Source: a bacterium (GTDB taxonomy: Bacteria; JADJOY01). From it: a stretch of DNA of 64,000 bases. Below the pieces are notes generated by a model. That model was not told where the DNA came from and searched no databases. It was given only the letters and a program-made list of their open reading frames with translations. Position numbers and translations under genes: made by a program. The DNA lies in NCBI GenBank assembly GCA_046331705.1, contig JAXLQJ010000001.1:124001-188000 (forward strand), in the 5' to 3' direction. Shown piece by piece: positions 63,372 to 64,000 of this stretch. The first letter of the stretch is position 1, and every line of letters begins with the position of its first letter.

Positions 63372-64000
63372 TCACGAACCGCCGGCGAACGCGGACCAAT
63401 TCGAGTAGCCACCGGACTCGAAGCCGTCGGCGAAGATCAGGTTGACGATGATGTCGAAGGTCGCCGTCGCGGACTTCGCGGTGCTCATCGTCAACTCGCA
63501 GGCGCCGATTCCGCTGCACGCACCATCCCACCCGGTGAAGATCGAGCTCGCGGCGGGCACCGCTGTCAGCGTCACCACCGAATCCTCTGGGAAGCTCGCG
63601 GTGCAGGTCGATCCGCAATCGATGCCCGCCGGGGTGCTCTTCACGGTTCCGGCGCCGCTTCCCGCTTGGTGGATCGTGAGCGGGTTGGTCGGCAGCAGCG
63701 CGAACCTCGCCGTCACGCTCTTCGCGGCACTCATCGTCACCTGGCAGGTGCCCGATCCGCTGCAGGCACCACTCCACCCCGTGAAGCTCGAGTCCGCATC
63801 CGGCGTCGCGGTGAGCGTGACGACCTGGCCCTGTGGGAAGTTCTCGGAGCAGTCCGCTCCGCAGTCGATTCCTGGCAGGTCGCTCGTGGTGGTGCCCGTG
63901 CCGGTGCCCGATGAGCCGACGCTCAGCTTGTAGGTCGGCAGCAACGTGAAGGTCGCTGTCACCGACTTCGCGGCGCTCATCGTCACCTGGCACGCACCCG
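63372..64000 (-). CDS. Secreted or surface protein with divergent InlB B-type repeats (5' part outside the window)
   Basis: Repeats G.GTV.S.P.GIDCG..C...F.....VTLTA.P...S.FTGWSGACSG.G.C.VTM.AAKSVTATF; C-terminal IFADGFESG. Confidence 0.9.
   Translation of the reverse strand, partial: GACQVTMSAAKSVTATFTLLPTYKLSVGSSGTGTGTTTSDLPGIDCGADCSENFPQGQVVTLTATPDADSSFTGWSGACSGSGTCQVTMSAAKSVTARFALLPTNPLTIHQAGSGAGTVKSTPAGIDCGSTCTASFPEDSVVTLTAVPAASSIFTGWDGACSGIGACELTMSTAKSATATFDIIVNLIFADGFESGGYSNWSAFAGGS

Overview
High-GC bacterial chromosomal window with about 53 densely packed genes and no rRNA, tRNA or CRISPR array. The gene content (Ser/Thr kinase, FG-GAP and InlB-type repeat proteins, secreted proteins ending in an 'FADGFE..W' tail) suggests an Acidobacteriota (Thermoanaerobaculia-like) or Myxococcota-like organism; this placement is an inference. 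Housekeeping genes include tldD/pmbA, lspA, cstA with its YbdD-like partner, murJ, glgA, tex, a class I DAHP synthase, hslR and recQ. The window also has a MATE pump, a three-gene PAS kinase/REC/hybrid kinase module, a molybdopterin oxidoreductase and a putative FadL-based lipid uptake cluster. Most notable observations: (1) a RAYT-like HUH/Y1 nuclease with a sigma54-type promoter and a downstream non-coding region holding tandem palindromic 22-bp repeats and several hairpins; (2) a YfbK-type vWA protein that starts with a type IV pilin-like helix, has an extra C-terminal domain and sits behind a near-consensus sigma54 promoter; (3) one C-terminal motif shared by three unrelated secreted repeat proteins, a candidate sorting signal; (4) tandem PA-domain subtilases, one with a knottin-like tail, both with the same inverted repeat next to the RBS; (5) probable leaderless promoters overlapped by operator-like palindromes; (6) a possible orphan sRNA. 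All calls come from motif recognition by eye; no database searches were run.
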